Made by a program: the position numbers and the translations under genes. A stretch of DNA of 64,000 nt from the human T2T-CHM13v2.0 reference genome, Homo sapiens. Location of the stretch: assembly GCF_009914755.1 (NCBI RefSeq), contig NC_060944.1; one strand, given 5' to 3'. Every line of letters begins with the position of its first letter. Within the stretch, counting starts at the first letter, position 1. Below the pieces are notes generated by a model that saw nothing but the letters and a program-made list of their open reading frames with translations, was not told the origin of the DNA and ran no database searches. Below, one piece after another: positions 13,832 through 26,306 of this stretch.

Positions 13832-14304
13832 CTGGGCAGAGAGAGGGATTCAGCACACACTCAGGGCCGCTCAGCCTGAGGCAGAGGCCACCAGCCCTGA
13901 GCCCCATCTTACCGGGGACACTCAGGGGTCCCCAGGAAGCCAAAGTGTGGATCCAGCATTTGACTTGGAGCTTTAGGGAGAGAGTGCACAGGCATCATGA
14001 TAGGTGGAGCTGCTCTATTCCCAGTGAAAATAATTGTCATGGTTCCCACAGCTTGGGAGTTTTTGGAAACTCCACATGCAGGACATCACTTAACTCTCCC
14101 AACAGCCCTTGGGCACAAGTGCTATTTTTACCCTCATTTATAAGAGAAAAGGCTTTCTTTGTACTGGAACATGTACAGAGAGGAAAGAAAAAGAGGAAGG
14201 AAATTTAGAAAAATAGAAACAAAGGGTATTTTTGAGCCCCGAAATGATGGGATGATTTTTATTTCCTCGCAAGTGGCAGCGCTGCAGTGGTGAGGACAGT
14301 GGGC

Positions 14305-14518
14305 GGGGGAGTCAACAAACTTTCTGCAGGGGGTTAGCGAGTGAATCATTGAGGCTTTGCAGGCCACACAGTCTCTGTTGTCACTACTCCGTCGTTGTAG
14401 CATGAAAACAGCCAGAGACCATACCTAAACGTGTGGGCATGGTTGTAAATAAAACTCTATTTACAAAAGCAGGTGGTGGGTTGGACCTGGCACGTGGCTG
14501 GTAGTGTGACATCCCTGG
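14305..14518. mobile_element. MER58A-like hAT MITE
   Basis: gtcaacaaacttt...ggctttgcaggccaca...aataaaactctatttacaaaa. Confidence 0.75.
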
Positions 14519-15063
14519 GTTGGGGGCATAGGCTTGGAGACAGACCTTCCTCAGTCTTGGCTTACTGCATGCCCTTGACAAGTGACTTTGCCTCCCTGAG
14601 CCCCATTTCCTCAGCCGGCACATGGCACAGTTACAGAACCGGGGAGTCCCTGTGAACACGAACCAGGACAATGATGCATCTGCAGGGAGATGAGGCATTT
14701 CCAGTTAGCTGATAGTTGCATCCACAGGGTCTAGAACAGTGCCTGACACCTGATGGTAACTCCGTAAATATTTGTCAAATAATGTACATGACACACTTAG
14801 ACCCATGCCTGGTGCAGGGTAATCACTCCTGAAATAGGACTTTTCTTGGCAGGCTGTGACCAGGGAAGCAGGGAGGATGGGTCTGACTCCTTTAAGGCAG
14901 TTTACCATCTCCCAGGACACTTCCTGGTCAAGCAGTTATGGAAATTTTGCTTCTCCTTTTGAGCTTTTTCCAAACGTTACACAGTGGTCTACCTAAAACA
15001 AGATTTTATAGTCAGGAAATAAAGATAATAAAAGCTACTTAATAAAATCCTTCTACCAGCAAG

Positions 15064-15466
15064 CATGCAGTCCACAAGTGTATGCAGCCCACAGGTGTAT
15101 GCAATCCACAGGTGTATGCAGTCCACAGGTGCATGCAGTCCACAGGTGCATGCAACCCACAGGTGTATGCAGCCCGCAGGTGTATGAAGCCCACAGGTGT
15201 ATGCAGTCTACAGACGTATGAAGCCCACAGATGTATGAAGCCCACAGGTGTATGCAACCTACAGGTGTATGCAGCCCGCAGGTGTATGAAGCCCACAGGT
15301 GTATGCAGTCTACAGACGTATGAAGCCCACAGGTGTATGCAGCCCACAGATGTATGAAGCCCACAGGCGTATGCAACCTACAGGTGTATGCAGCCCAAAG
15401 ATGTATCAGTCCACAAGTGTATGCAGCCCACAGGTGTATGTAGCCCACAGGTGCATGCAGCCCATG
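15064..15466. repeat. 17-bp minisatellite, ~24 copies, consensus TATGCAGCCCACAGGTG
   Basis: Units counted directly at 17-nt period (one 16-nt unit at 15404). Confidence 0.95.
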
Positions 15467-16127
15467 GTATCTACATGCAATGCAGGTGTCATATACCTTG
15501 AGGGGATTCTTGGGCCAAATGCAACATACACTTAAGCCCAGAACTGGATGAGGTAACCAGACATGGCAGGTGGCCCAGCCCTATGCCTTCAGATGATAAA
15601 ATGTCGTTTCATTAAAGAAGTACAAGAAGTCTGAAAAAGTGAAGCGACTTGCCCCACGCAGCAGGTAAGGGTGGATGGGACTGGGGAAGGAAGAAAGCCT
15701 TGAGCAGGGTCCCATGTAATGCAGATTAAATGGCGAGTGCGTATCAGACTGTCTGTCACATGCCAAGTGCTCAGTTAATGTTAGCTACCATGGGTTTTAT
15801 TGTTTTCCCATCCAACCATGCCTTTGCTGCTATTTCTCATAAGCACAATCTCTGACTATGTGGATTTCCCACTGCAGCTCAACCTGATACCAGCCGACTG
15901 TCTACAGCAGTAGCTGAAGGCACAAGCTTTGAACTAGACTTGAATCCTAGCTCTGCTGTGCCCCAACTGTGTGATTTGGGCCAGTGTCACTACCTTTCTG
16001 AGCCTCGATTTCCTCTTCTGCAAAATGGGCTAACAGCACTTCCCTCGGAGACTTACTGGAAAGAAGAAATGGTCCCACTGTGCAAAGGACTCATCCCAGG
16101 GCTTTGCCCAGAGCAAGTCCCTGGCTA

Positions 16128-16375
16128 TTTATTTATTTTTTATTTTTATTTATTTATTTTTTTTGAGATGGAGTCTCGTCTCTGTCGCCCAGGCTGGAGT
16201 GCAGTGGTGCGATCTCGGCTCACTGCAAACTCCGCCTAATTTTGTGTATTTTTTTTTAGTAGAGACGGGGTTTCACCGTGTTCTCCAGGATGGTCTCGAT
16301 CTCCTGACCTCATGATCCGCCCGCCTCGGCCTCCCAAAGTGCTGGGATTACAGGCGTGAGCCACCACGCCCGGTC
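16128..16375 (-). mobile_element. AluY-like with internal deletion and TSD
   Basis: ggatggtctcgatctcctgacctc diagnostics; TSD agtcc(c/t)tggctatttattt at 16116 and 16376. Confidence 0.88.
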
Positions 16376-16427
16376 AGTCCTTGGCTATTTATTTAGCAAA
16401 TATATATTGAGTACCTGCCATGTGTCA

Positions 16428-16857
<430 letters not shown>

Positions 16858-17038
16858 CTATGAAGAAAAATAAAATAAGGTAAAGGAATAAAGAGTAACA
16901 CAGGAAGACGCTTTTCTAGATGGTGTAGTGAGGGAAGGTTTCTCAGGAGGTGGCATTTGGACAGAGCCCTGAATGAAGTGATGGAGTGAGTCACGAAGAT
17001 CCCTAGAGGAACAGCTAGTTGGCAAAGAGGAAAGAGAA

Positions 17039-17080
17039 GTCGTCGTCGTCGTCATCATCATCATCATCATCATCATCATC
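17039..17080. repeat. Compound microsatellite (GTC)5(ATC)9
   Basis: Direct reading. Confidence 0.95.
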
Positions 17081-17282
17081 AACTACTTTTCCACCACAAG
17101 CACATAGTAGGTACTCAATCAATATTTGAATGACCACAAAGGGTGAGAAATGCAAGTGCAACTCAGACCCACAAAAGAATAGTGGGGTGAGTATAAGAAG
17201 AAAATCAAGGCTGGCTTGAATGCCTGGTTCTATGTCCTGTCTCTCTCTTTCCCTTTGTCTCTTTGTCTCTCTCTCCCCCTCG

Positions 17283-17570
17283 ATTTTTCTTTTTTTTCTT
17301 GAGACAGGGTCTCACTCTGTTGCCCAGGCTGGAGTGCAGTGGCAACATCACAGCTCACTGCAACCTTGAACTCCTCAATCTTCCTGCCTCAGCCTCCCGA
17401 GTAGCTGGAACTACAGGTGTGTGCCACCACACAGGCTAATTTCTTAAATTTCTGGAGACAGGCTCTTGTTATGTGGCCCAGGCTCTTCTTGAACTCCTGA
17501 CCTCAAGCAATCCTCCCACCTCAGCCTTCCAAAGTACTGGGACTAGAGGTGTGAGCCACCACACCTGGCC
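17283..17570 (-). mobile_element. AluJ
   Basis: Reverse-complement Alu dimer. Confidence 0.9.
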
Positions 17571-17789
17571 CTGACTCTTTTTAATGAGCAGGGTGACCTT
17601 AAACAAGTCACTTTCTCTCTATGGAAACTTACTGACCAAAATATAAGACTCCACAAAAGTCTTTAGTGTTAAATACCAGAAAGTATCACATCAGCCAAGT
17701 CTGCACAGGGTCACTGGTGGCCAAAGGACAGGCAGTGCTCATGGAGTTCCCTCCTCACCCACTGGGAAATGCTGGAAACTCCAGTTCAA

Positions 17790-18720
17790 AGACCCCTGGG
17801 CTAAGGGCACACATTGGCATTCCATGGACCAGACTTAACACACATGTTTTAGTGCTACTGTTGTTGGCCCACATAGTATTTGTTTTTCAACTTGAATGAG
17901 TTGCCAATATTTAAAACCAGGGAGATTCCACATAAAAATCTAGATTTTTGGCTTCTTTTGAAAAATCAGCAAATCTGACTAAACTAGTTCTGTTCTCCTG
18001 CATGGGCACAATCAGTGGAAGCTAAGTAATATCCGTCCCCTTTAATTTAAGTGGGGATTGGCTCACCAATTTTCCACAGACCCTGCCTTGCCACGAGACT
18101 GAGGCACTCATCACTACTTTTTTTTTTTTGAGACAGAGTCTTACTCTTTCAACCAGCCTGGAGTGCAGTGGCGTGATCTCGGCTCACTGCAACCGGGTTC
18201 AAGCAATTCTTCTGCCTCAGCCTCCCAAGTAGCTGGGGTTACAGGTATGTGCCACCACACCCTGATAATTTTTGTATTTTTAGTAGAGACAGGGTTTCGC
18301 CATGTTGGCCAGGCTGCTCTTAGACTCGTGACCTCAGGTGATCCACCCACCTAAGCCTCCCAGAGTGCTGGGATTACAGGTGTGAGCCACTGCGCCCAGC
18401 CTCTCACCACTTCTTACTGATCTCAGCTGTTGTCTCCCTTTGTATAATAAGGAAACTGCTTTCTGTTTCAAAAATGGGAAAGGAAAGATTGACAAGGAGG
18501 GCCATGTGTTTCTTGAGACACATATTCCTGTACCCAATCTGCTGTATACAAATGTTACCTTCCATCTGGAGAAAAATATAGGTCAAATATATATAAATAT
18601 ATATAATATATAAAATAGATTATATATTTATAAAACATATAAATATATACAATATATAAAATAAGTGTTACCTCCTTGTAGGCAGTTGAGTTACAAACTC
18701 AATTGTAACCCCTGATCTAT
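17790..18720. mobile_element. MER102-like hAT element interrupted by AluS (18118-18401, minus) and a TA-rich tract (18588-18660)
   Basis: ttgccaatatttaaaa..gagattccacataaaaatctagatttttggcttcttttgaaaaatc resembles MER102. Confidence 0.6.
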
Positions 18721-18868
18721 AAAGCCAGTAAAAGCCAGAGGTGGAAGGCATCTAAGGGACTCCCTCATTTTCTAAGTGAGAAAGTAAGGCTCAGACAATA
18801 TAGGACCTTCCCTGAGGTCACCCAGAAAATTAGTAGCAGAGCTGAGATGCCAGTCATCTATGTCATAG

Positions 18869-19358
18869 TGAGGTAGGAGGCAGGACTCACTCCAGGGTTG
18901 GGGCTTGGGAACCAGACCAAATTGAGGACCAGCTAAAACAGGTCCTGGGCGGAAGCAGCTTTCCATAAGACACACCCACCAGTATACCATGTCAATCTAC
19001 CATTGCCATGGCAACACCCAGAAGTTACCATCCCTTTTCATGGCAATGATTCAACAACCTAAAAGTTAACACCCTTATCCTAGAAATTTCTGCATAAACT
19101 ACCCCTTAATTTGCATATAATTAAAAGTGCATATAAATATGACTGCAGCACTGCCTCTGAGCTACTACTCTGGGCACACTGCCTATGGGGTAGCCCCACT
19201 CCACAAGAAGCAGAACCTCTGCTGCTGCTGTGCACTGCTGTGTCAATAAAAGTTGCTGTCTAAAACCACTGGCTTGCCCTGGAATTCCTTCCTGGGTGAA
19301 GAAGCCAAGAACCCTCCCAGACTAAGCCCCAATTTGGGGGCTCGCCTGCCCTGCAACA
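18869..19358 (+). mobile_element. ERV1 (MER4-group, MER66-like) solo LTR, 490 bp
   Basis: TG...CA ends, exact 4-bp TSD ATAG (18865-18868, 19359-19362), TATA at 19132, AATAAA at 19245. Confidence 0.85.
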
Positions 19359-20149
19359 ATAGCGCCTTCCCCATGGGCCCAGCTGAGAGAAAGCCCTGGG
19401 CATTGTGAGTTCAACCCCAGGTGCCAGAACCATGGATGGGCACCTGACCAAGGGCAGCTGATCCATAGGCAGGCCAGGGATCTACGAGGCTGTGAAGTAG
19501 CCTTGTGGAAGGAGATCTGCCCAAGAAGAACAAGCTGGACCAACCCGACTCTTACTCTCAGATGCAGCAATGGGAAACAGAGACCCACTGGGCGAAGAGA
19601 AGTGACACCTGAAGGTGAAAGAATGAACAGAGAGGCTGTATGACACACAGGGGCATGACTGGGCTGAAGTTGGGTGAGGAAGCAGAAGCCAGGAGGAAAC
19701 AGATACTGTGAGGACACAAAGGCTCCAGGGAAGCAGAGGCTCAAGGCATCAGATGGGCACCATGAGGAAGTGGCTGCCACCAGGGGGAAGAAGCTAGGAA
19801 GGAGCAGAAAGTATGAGGGGCGATGCCACAGGGAATAGAAAACATGAGGAAGTGGAGTTGGCAGAAGCCACGGGGATCAGACACTATAAGGGAACAAAAG
19901 TAGAGACTAAAATGAAGCAGAAACTATAAAGGTGCAAAACCTAATAAGCAGCAGAAACCAGGAAAAGGTTAAGAAATTGTATACAGAGGGAATGATGAGA
20001 ACAGCCATTTGGAAGACTGACTGGAAAAGAAGCAGAGATGGAGAAAAACTGAATCCTGTTCAACTGCAGAGTACGCAGGCCCACAGCTAAGCCTCCTTAG
20101 ACCCAGTTCCAGCCTCCCTGAGGTCCAGCTATGCTACAGGAACTGTCTA

Positions 20150-20770
20150 TGGGTCGCACATGGTGGCTCATACCTGTAGTCCCAACATTTCAGAAGGCAG
20201 AGACGGGAGGGTCACTTGAGGCTAGGAGTTCAAGACCAGCCTGGGTAATGTAGCGAGACCCCTGTTCCTACAAAAAAAAATTTTTTGAGACAGGGTTTCA
20301 CTCTGTCACCCAGGCTGGAGTGCAGTGGGTGCCATCACAGCTCACTGCAGCTTTGACCTGCCAGGCTCAATTCACCCACCTCAGCCTTCCAAGTAGCTGG
20401 GACTACCAGGAATGCCTCACCACGCCCAGCTATTTTTTTTATTTTTTAATTTTTTGTAGAGATGGGGTTTCTCCATGTTGCCAGGCTGGTCTCAAACTCC
20501 TGGACTCAAGCAATCCACCCGCCTCAGCCTCCCAAAGTGCTGGGATTACAGGTGTGAGCTACCATGCCCAGCCTGCTACAATTTTTTTTTTTTTTAAATT
20601 AGCCAAGCGAGGTGGCTCACACCTGTAATCCCAGCTTCTTGGGAGTCTGAGGTGGGAGGTTCACTGGAGCCCAAGAGTTCGAGACTGCGCTGAGCTGTGA
20701 TGGTGCTACTGCACCCCAGCCTGGGTGACAGAGTGAGACCCCATTAAAAAAAAAAGAAGAAGAAGAAAGA
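20150..20770. mobile_element. Nested inverted Alus: full minus-strand AluJ (20281-20573) inside the A-linker of a plus-strand AluJ
   Basis: Plus left arm, minus dimer, plus right arm; ctacaa..ttttt duplicated at both junctions. Confidence 0.88.
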
Positions 20771-21229
20771 AAGAACTGTTTATGGAGCTTGCAAAATCCT
20801 CATCTTCCTACAGGACACATACACTATACTCCCCACACTCAAACCCTGACTCTTCCATGGCTGGGGCTATCCTGAGTGACACTATTTTTCTCAACAATAG
20901 AAAATAGTTTGATTATAGTCCCTATTTCCTGACTCCGGAGGAGCTCATCCAACTGACCCAGGTGGCAGCCTCAGGTGTTGGCGTCACCTTCTGGTAGACA
21001 TCTGCTGGACACCGGAGGGAGTCGCAAGCTGGCAATCTGAAGGCCACAGTCTACGACATTTTGGTTAGAGGTACTCAGTGATTTTTTAAAAATGGAATCT
21101 GAATGCCTTTAGGCAGTTTTTCCTCAGTCCCCAACACTTCCTATACGGTTGAAACCCAGCTTGTGTTTTCCATGTGTGGCTCCCTGGGCAACCAAGGTGC
21201 AACTCCTGCTTTGGGCCAAGGGGTCATTT

Positions 21230-21540
21230 TTCTGCAAAGGACAAGAAAAATAAACATTTTTTGCTTTTGTGGGCCAAGAGGCAAAATTGAGGCTATTGTG
21301 TAGGTACTTATATAACTAAAGAAAATAAATTTCCACAAATTCCTTAGGGGAAAGCAAAATTTGATACATGGACACTGAAATTTAGATTTCATGTAACTTT
21401 CACATGTAGTAAAATGTTTTTCTTTTGGTTTTTTTTTCAACCATTTAAAAATCTGAAAACTGTGCTTAGCTCACAGGCTGTTCAAAAACAGATAGCAGGC
21501 TGGATTTGGTCTGAAGACTGTAGTTGCTAACCCCTGTCCT
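21230..21540. mobile_element. MER58B-like hAT MITE
   Basis: cactgaaatttagatttcatgtaac...caaccatttaaaaa...ggctggatttgg. Confidence 0.65.
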
Positions 21541-21716
21541 GGACTACCACCTGGGGCAGCCCTCAGTCCCCAGACAAGGCAATGGCTCAGACAGTGAAAG
21601 GAGAAGCAGGAAGGACCACGTGGTTAGTGCAGTGGGGGGCTCCAGGCCCTTGATGACCACACTCCATGCCGCAGTCCTCACTGAGCCCACCGAGACCCCA
21701 GCCTTGACCACCTTAC

Positions 21717-21814
21717 CTTTGAAGTCAAACCACCACTTGAGAGAGGGCCTTTGGGACGGGAAGAAGAACAAGATGGTGACAATAGCCACGCCGGTGACAG
21801 CATCAGAAAGAAAC
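21717..21814 (-). CDS. SLC13A3: SLC13A3 exon 9 (98 bp; FLSDAVTGVAIVTILFFFPSQRPSLKWWFDFK)
   Basis: Translation match; ttgtAG|G acceptor, G|GTAAGG donor. Confidence 0.96.
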
Positions 21815-22689
21815 CTACAATGAGAAGGCCCCAAATCACGTGACCATGGGCATCTCAGCGGGCCGAGGTTTGGCAGAATTGTAAAGGAGGATTTGTGGAA
21901 GGGAATTAGGCCTGCTGTGAAGGGGCCATTGTTGGAGGCTGGGCCACTGGATTCTGTCCTGCAGTGCGCTCAGCATGGTGCAAAGCTCTTCATTCACAGC
22001 TCCCTGGGGGCATTTAGATGCTGCTTGGGCTCAAGCAAATGCTTATCTTCCCAACTCAAGGACCCTACGAAGAGGGACTTGACCAAAGAGGGGAGAATCC
22101 GAGGGCCGCAGAATATTGGAGTCCTTGGAACCCCTATAAATCACCCTCACCGGGACTCCTGTAAGAGCCCTGTCTTTGTTCAGCTTGTGCTTGAATCCCT
22201 CCTGGGATGGGCAGCTCACTGCATTGAGATACAGCCCACTCACACCAGTGGAACCCAGATTGACCCAGCCTCTTGGCCCCTCAAAACCTAACTGTCACGT
22301 TTCAAGCATCCACAATGTGTCCTTTAGGGGAGTTTTGCGCACATTAAGCCCTCGGGGCAGGCACTTTCCATTTCAGGTGGAGAATCAGAGGGTCAAAGAG
22401 CAGAAACAACTTGTTCAAGGGCAGACCCTGAGCAAGTCATTTTGTTAAACTGACATACAAATACAACCAAGATACCCTGTAAATTGTATTTTTAAAGTTT
22501 TTATTTGCAGCATTGGACACAATTCAATAAGGAATTGGTTAAATAAATTGAAGTGCTCCCATTCTGTAGACCCTGGCCTGAAACTCAGATTTTTCTGGCT
22601 CCAAGTTCAACAAAGCCTAGAGCTCACTGCTAACCAAAGCTCTTTCCACTCACACATTTGGAAAGGAGAGTATTCAAACAGACAAGAAG

Positions 22690-23900
22690 TTGGAAGAGAT
22701 GGTCAATATCACTATCATCAGAGAAATGCAGATCAAAACACTAATGGTATACCATTCATTTGCCAACAGGCAAGACTTGAAAAGGAGAGTAAAACTGGTG
22801 AGGGTGTTGGGAACATATGCCCTTAGTGAAAGAATAAACCAGTTTAACCTCCTGGGGCATTTGGCAACATGTTTCCAATTTTACATGTAAATACCCTTTG
22901 ATCCAGTTATCCTCCTTCTAGGAATTTAACCTTGAGAAACAGTCGTACTTTTGTACACAGATTATGTGCAACGATGTTCATTACTGATAAGAGTAAAAAA
23001 AAATTGGAAGATTTTTGATAGACACGTTTAAAGAAATTGTGTTCCATTCATATTATGAAGTACACTGCATCTGTTTAAAAAAAGATAAAAGATAACGTCA
23101 ATCTATGTATTGACATAGAAACACAACCAAGACACCCTGTAAATTTTATTTTGAAAGTTTTGATTTGAAGCATTGAACACAATCCAATAAGGAATTGGTT
23201 AAATAAATCAAAGTGCTCCCATTCTGTAGAGTACTATGCAGTGTTTTAAAAGAATAAATTTGTGACCTGAGTCCAAGAAAATAAAATTAAAAAAAAAGAA
23301 TGGAGTAAGTCCAAATGGCAAGTTGTCCATGATCATATTATTATATTTTACAGTCTTTTGTTATATGTATACATATTTGTATGTGTGTATGTATGAAGAT
23401 ATGTGTGCGTATCTGGAATGTCATACACCAAACTGCTCATGGTGATGATCTCTGGGCAGTGGGACATAAAGTGGATAAAGAGCCACTAACTTTTCCTTTT
23501 TCAATTCAGCATTGTTTGAATTTTTATGAGTATGCATAACTTTTGAAATTCAATACAAAATTAAAAAGCGGATTACAAATAATATGTTGACGTGATCACA
23601 TTTCTGTTAAAAAAATCTTCTTTTAATAGGGTTCTAAAAGCCAATTGGCATATGTTTCATTGAGGTATAATTAACATGCAATAAAATGCACCCATTTTAA
23701 GGGTATAGTTTAACAAGTCTTGACAAATGTATGCAGTCCGATAACAGCGTGATCACAATGTAGAACAGTTCTCAGATAGGCATTGTTTAAAAGTCAGGAA
23801 AGATGTATATCAGAATTAGAGACTGAGATTTAGCTGATCTTCACATTTTCTGTATTGTTGAAATGCTTATAATGCCCATTTTGCATCTGAAAAAAATAAA
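22690..23900. mobile_element. Fragmented old L1 (L1M) 3' regions
   Basis: catcagagaaatgcagatcaaaacactaatggtatacca...ctttgatccag..ttctaggaattt. Confidence 0.6.
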
Positions 23901-24067
23901 GCATCTACATTTTAGAAAAATAAAAAAATGGTAAGAGCAACAAGAGCTTCATGGCTTCATGAAATTATATTGTTTCTTGCTTATAACAACCTTCAGGAGA
24001 TCAGAATTTATGTCACCCATTTTACCAGGGAAGAGGTTGAGGCCCAGAAGGTGAGATATCTGGATTG

Positions 24068-24340
24068 TGCACTGCCCAGTATGGTAGCCACAAGCCACAT
24101 GTGGGCTAGTGGGCACTTGAAATGTGGCAAGACCAAACTGACATGTGCTTTAAATGTAAAGCACACACCAGATTTTGATGATTTCACATGAAAAAAAGAA
24201 TGCAAAATATCTCACTAATAATTTATACATAAAATATATTATTCATATTAGTTTCATCTGTTTTTCACTTTTTTAATATAGCTACCAAAAAATTTAAAAT
24301 ACATATGTGGCTCACATTATATCTCTCTTGGATGGGGCTA
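24068..24340. mobile_element. MER33/MER3-like hAT MITE inside a MIR
   Basis: ggtagccacaagccacatgtgg...cacttgaaatgtggc...atatgtggctcacattat. Confidence 0.7.
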
Positions 24341-24939
24341 ACTGAAATAATCAGATTTCACCAAATCCAGCAGATACATCTCTATTTAATCATGTTCCCA
24401 CTCACACCAGAATTTGACACAGTGTCCACTCACGCTTCTTAAAACACTCCCCTCTCTTGGCTTTTGCTGGTCCATAGCTCTAAGTTTTCCTTCTACCTCA
24501 CTCACCATCTCTCTGTTTCTCTGGTAAATTCATTTTCCTTTCCCCAGCTCCCAAGTGCTGGGGTTCCTCATGGTCTATACTCTACTTAAACACTTTCCAT
24601 AGCTGAGCCCATTGATTCCTACGGATTTAACTCCCAAATTTATACAATGACTCCCAGATTTATGTCTGCAACCTAAACATCTCCTCTAAGCTCCAGTCTT
24701 GCATATCTAACTGCCTATTGAGCTTGACAAGTCTAAACCAAGTCCAAAATAGAATTATGAATAAGCCATTCCCAGCCCCCTAAAAAATATTCTTCTCCAA
24801 TTAACCACCATCCATGCAGGTACTCCTTTCATTCACACCCCCCAATCCAACCCAGCACAAGTCCCACATTTAACTTTGAATGATATCTTGACTGCTACAT
24901 TGCCATTGCTACCACCCTCACTCAAGCCATCCCCCAGAC

Positions 24940-25240
24940 CAGGGGTCAGCAAATGTCTCCTGTAAAAAGCCACACAGTAAGTATTTTGGCTTTGCAGGCC
25001 ACATGGTGTTTGTCTGGACTCACATTTGACATTGGAGTATGAAAGCAGCCATAGACAATATGTAATTGAATAGGTGTGGCTGTGTGTCAATAAAACTTTA
25101 TTTGCAGACACTGAAATTTGAATTTCATATAATTTTCGTGTATTACAAGACGTTGTCTTTTGATTTTTCCGCAGCCATTTAAAAAATGTAAAAATCATTC
25201 AAAATCAAATGGCGGGCCAGATTTGGCCCAAAAAGACACG
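24940..25240. mobile_element. MER58B inserted in L2
   Basis: caggggtcagcaaa...ggctttgcaggccac...ggcgggccagatttggccc. Confidence 0.75.
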
Positions 25241-26201
25241 GGCCATCTAGATGATGTTATAGCTCCTAACTATTCTCCTCGTCTATATTTTTGCCCCCAC
25301 TACCCATTTCCTAATGAATATAGCTAACAACTATTGAGTTCTTTTTATGAGCCATTTTAATCACTTGACATGTATTAACTCATTTACCTTTACAACAAGT
25401 CAATGAAAAACGTACTATTATAATATCATTTTACAGATTAGGAAACTGAGGCACAGAGAGGTTGAGTACCTTACAACCCTCCAATGGCTGCCCACTGCTC
25501 ACAGAAAAAAAACAAATCAAAATGCATAACATGCCCGAAAAGACACTCTGATCTGGCCCTCCCCTACCTTTCCTCACCCGCTTTCCTTCCTTCCCACCAG
25601 GCCTCGCTCCCACTGGGCTTTTCTCATTTTCTCAGACATGCTACGTTTGTTCTGACTCAGGCTTCAGTAGACATTCCCAGGGCATCTCCACTGCTTTCAT
25701 CTGCAGTCTTCCTAAGCTTTGGCTCTTCCCAGAACTGTCCAAAGTCAATGCCCCTGCTCTATTATTTTATAGCATAACCCTCTCAGTCTTTCCTTCATAG
25801 CACTCATTGCAATGCAGTTGTTTTGTTGTCTAACTACTTGCTTTTGTCTGTGTCCCAGCATCCAGCATCCAGCTTAGCACATAATAGGTTCTCAATCAAT
25901 GTTGATTGAATGAATGAACGATTTGCTCAGTCACACAGCTCGTAAGTGGCAGAGCTAGAATTCTAACCCAGTTTAGTCTGACTCCAAATCCAGAGCTCCC
26001 AACACATGAGAAGTCATATTTTATCACCCAAACCTAAACTCTTTTGAGAGTGAAAGAGGGACCTATTAATAATCATATGGGACAAAAGATGGAAACTTGG
26101 ATGCGTGTCTCCCCAGCTGCACTGCCGCCTCTCCAGCTCCAGGTGGCCCAGCCCAGAATCCTCCCTGTTGGACTCCTCCCTGTGGGTCCCCAGAGTCTCA
26201 C

Positions 26202-26306
26202 CCAGGATTGAAGAGGCTGGCCCAGCCAGGGATGAACTTCGGGTCCCGGGTGAAGAGGAGGATGGCAAACATGCAGAAAAGGATGAAAACAGCCTGTTCG
26301 GCAAAC
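26202..26306 (-). CDS. SLC13A3: SLC13A3 exon 8 (105 bp; FAEQAVFILF...FTRDPKFIPGWASLFNPG)
   Basis: FTRDPxFxPGW motif; ccacAG|G acceptor, GG|GTGAGA donor. Confidence 0.96.

Noticed and set aside
15039-15535. Repetitive ORFs (GLHTPVGCIHLWAAYTC) and CRISPR-like look of the array
   Set aside because: Pure 17-bp tandem repeat with no unique spacers and no cas genes; the ORFs are a by-product of stop-poor units
16858-17082. Poly-Met/poly-Thr ORF
   Set aside because: Reading of the (ATC)n(GTC)n microsatellite and adjacent L2
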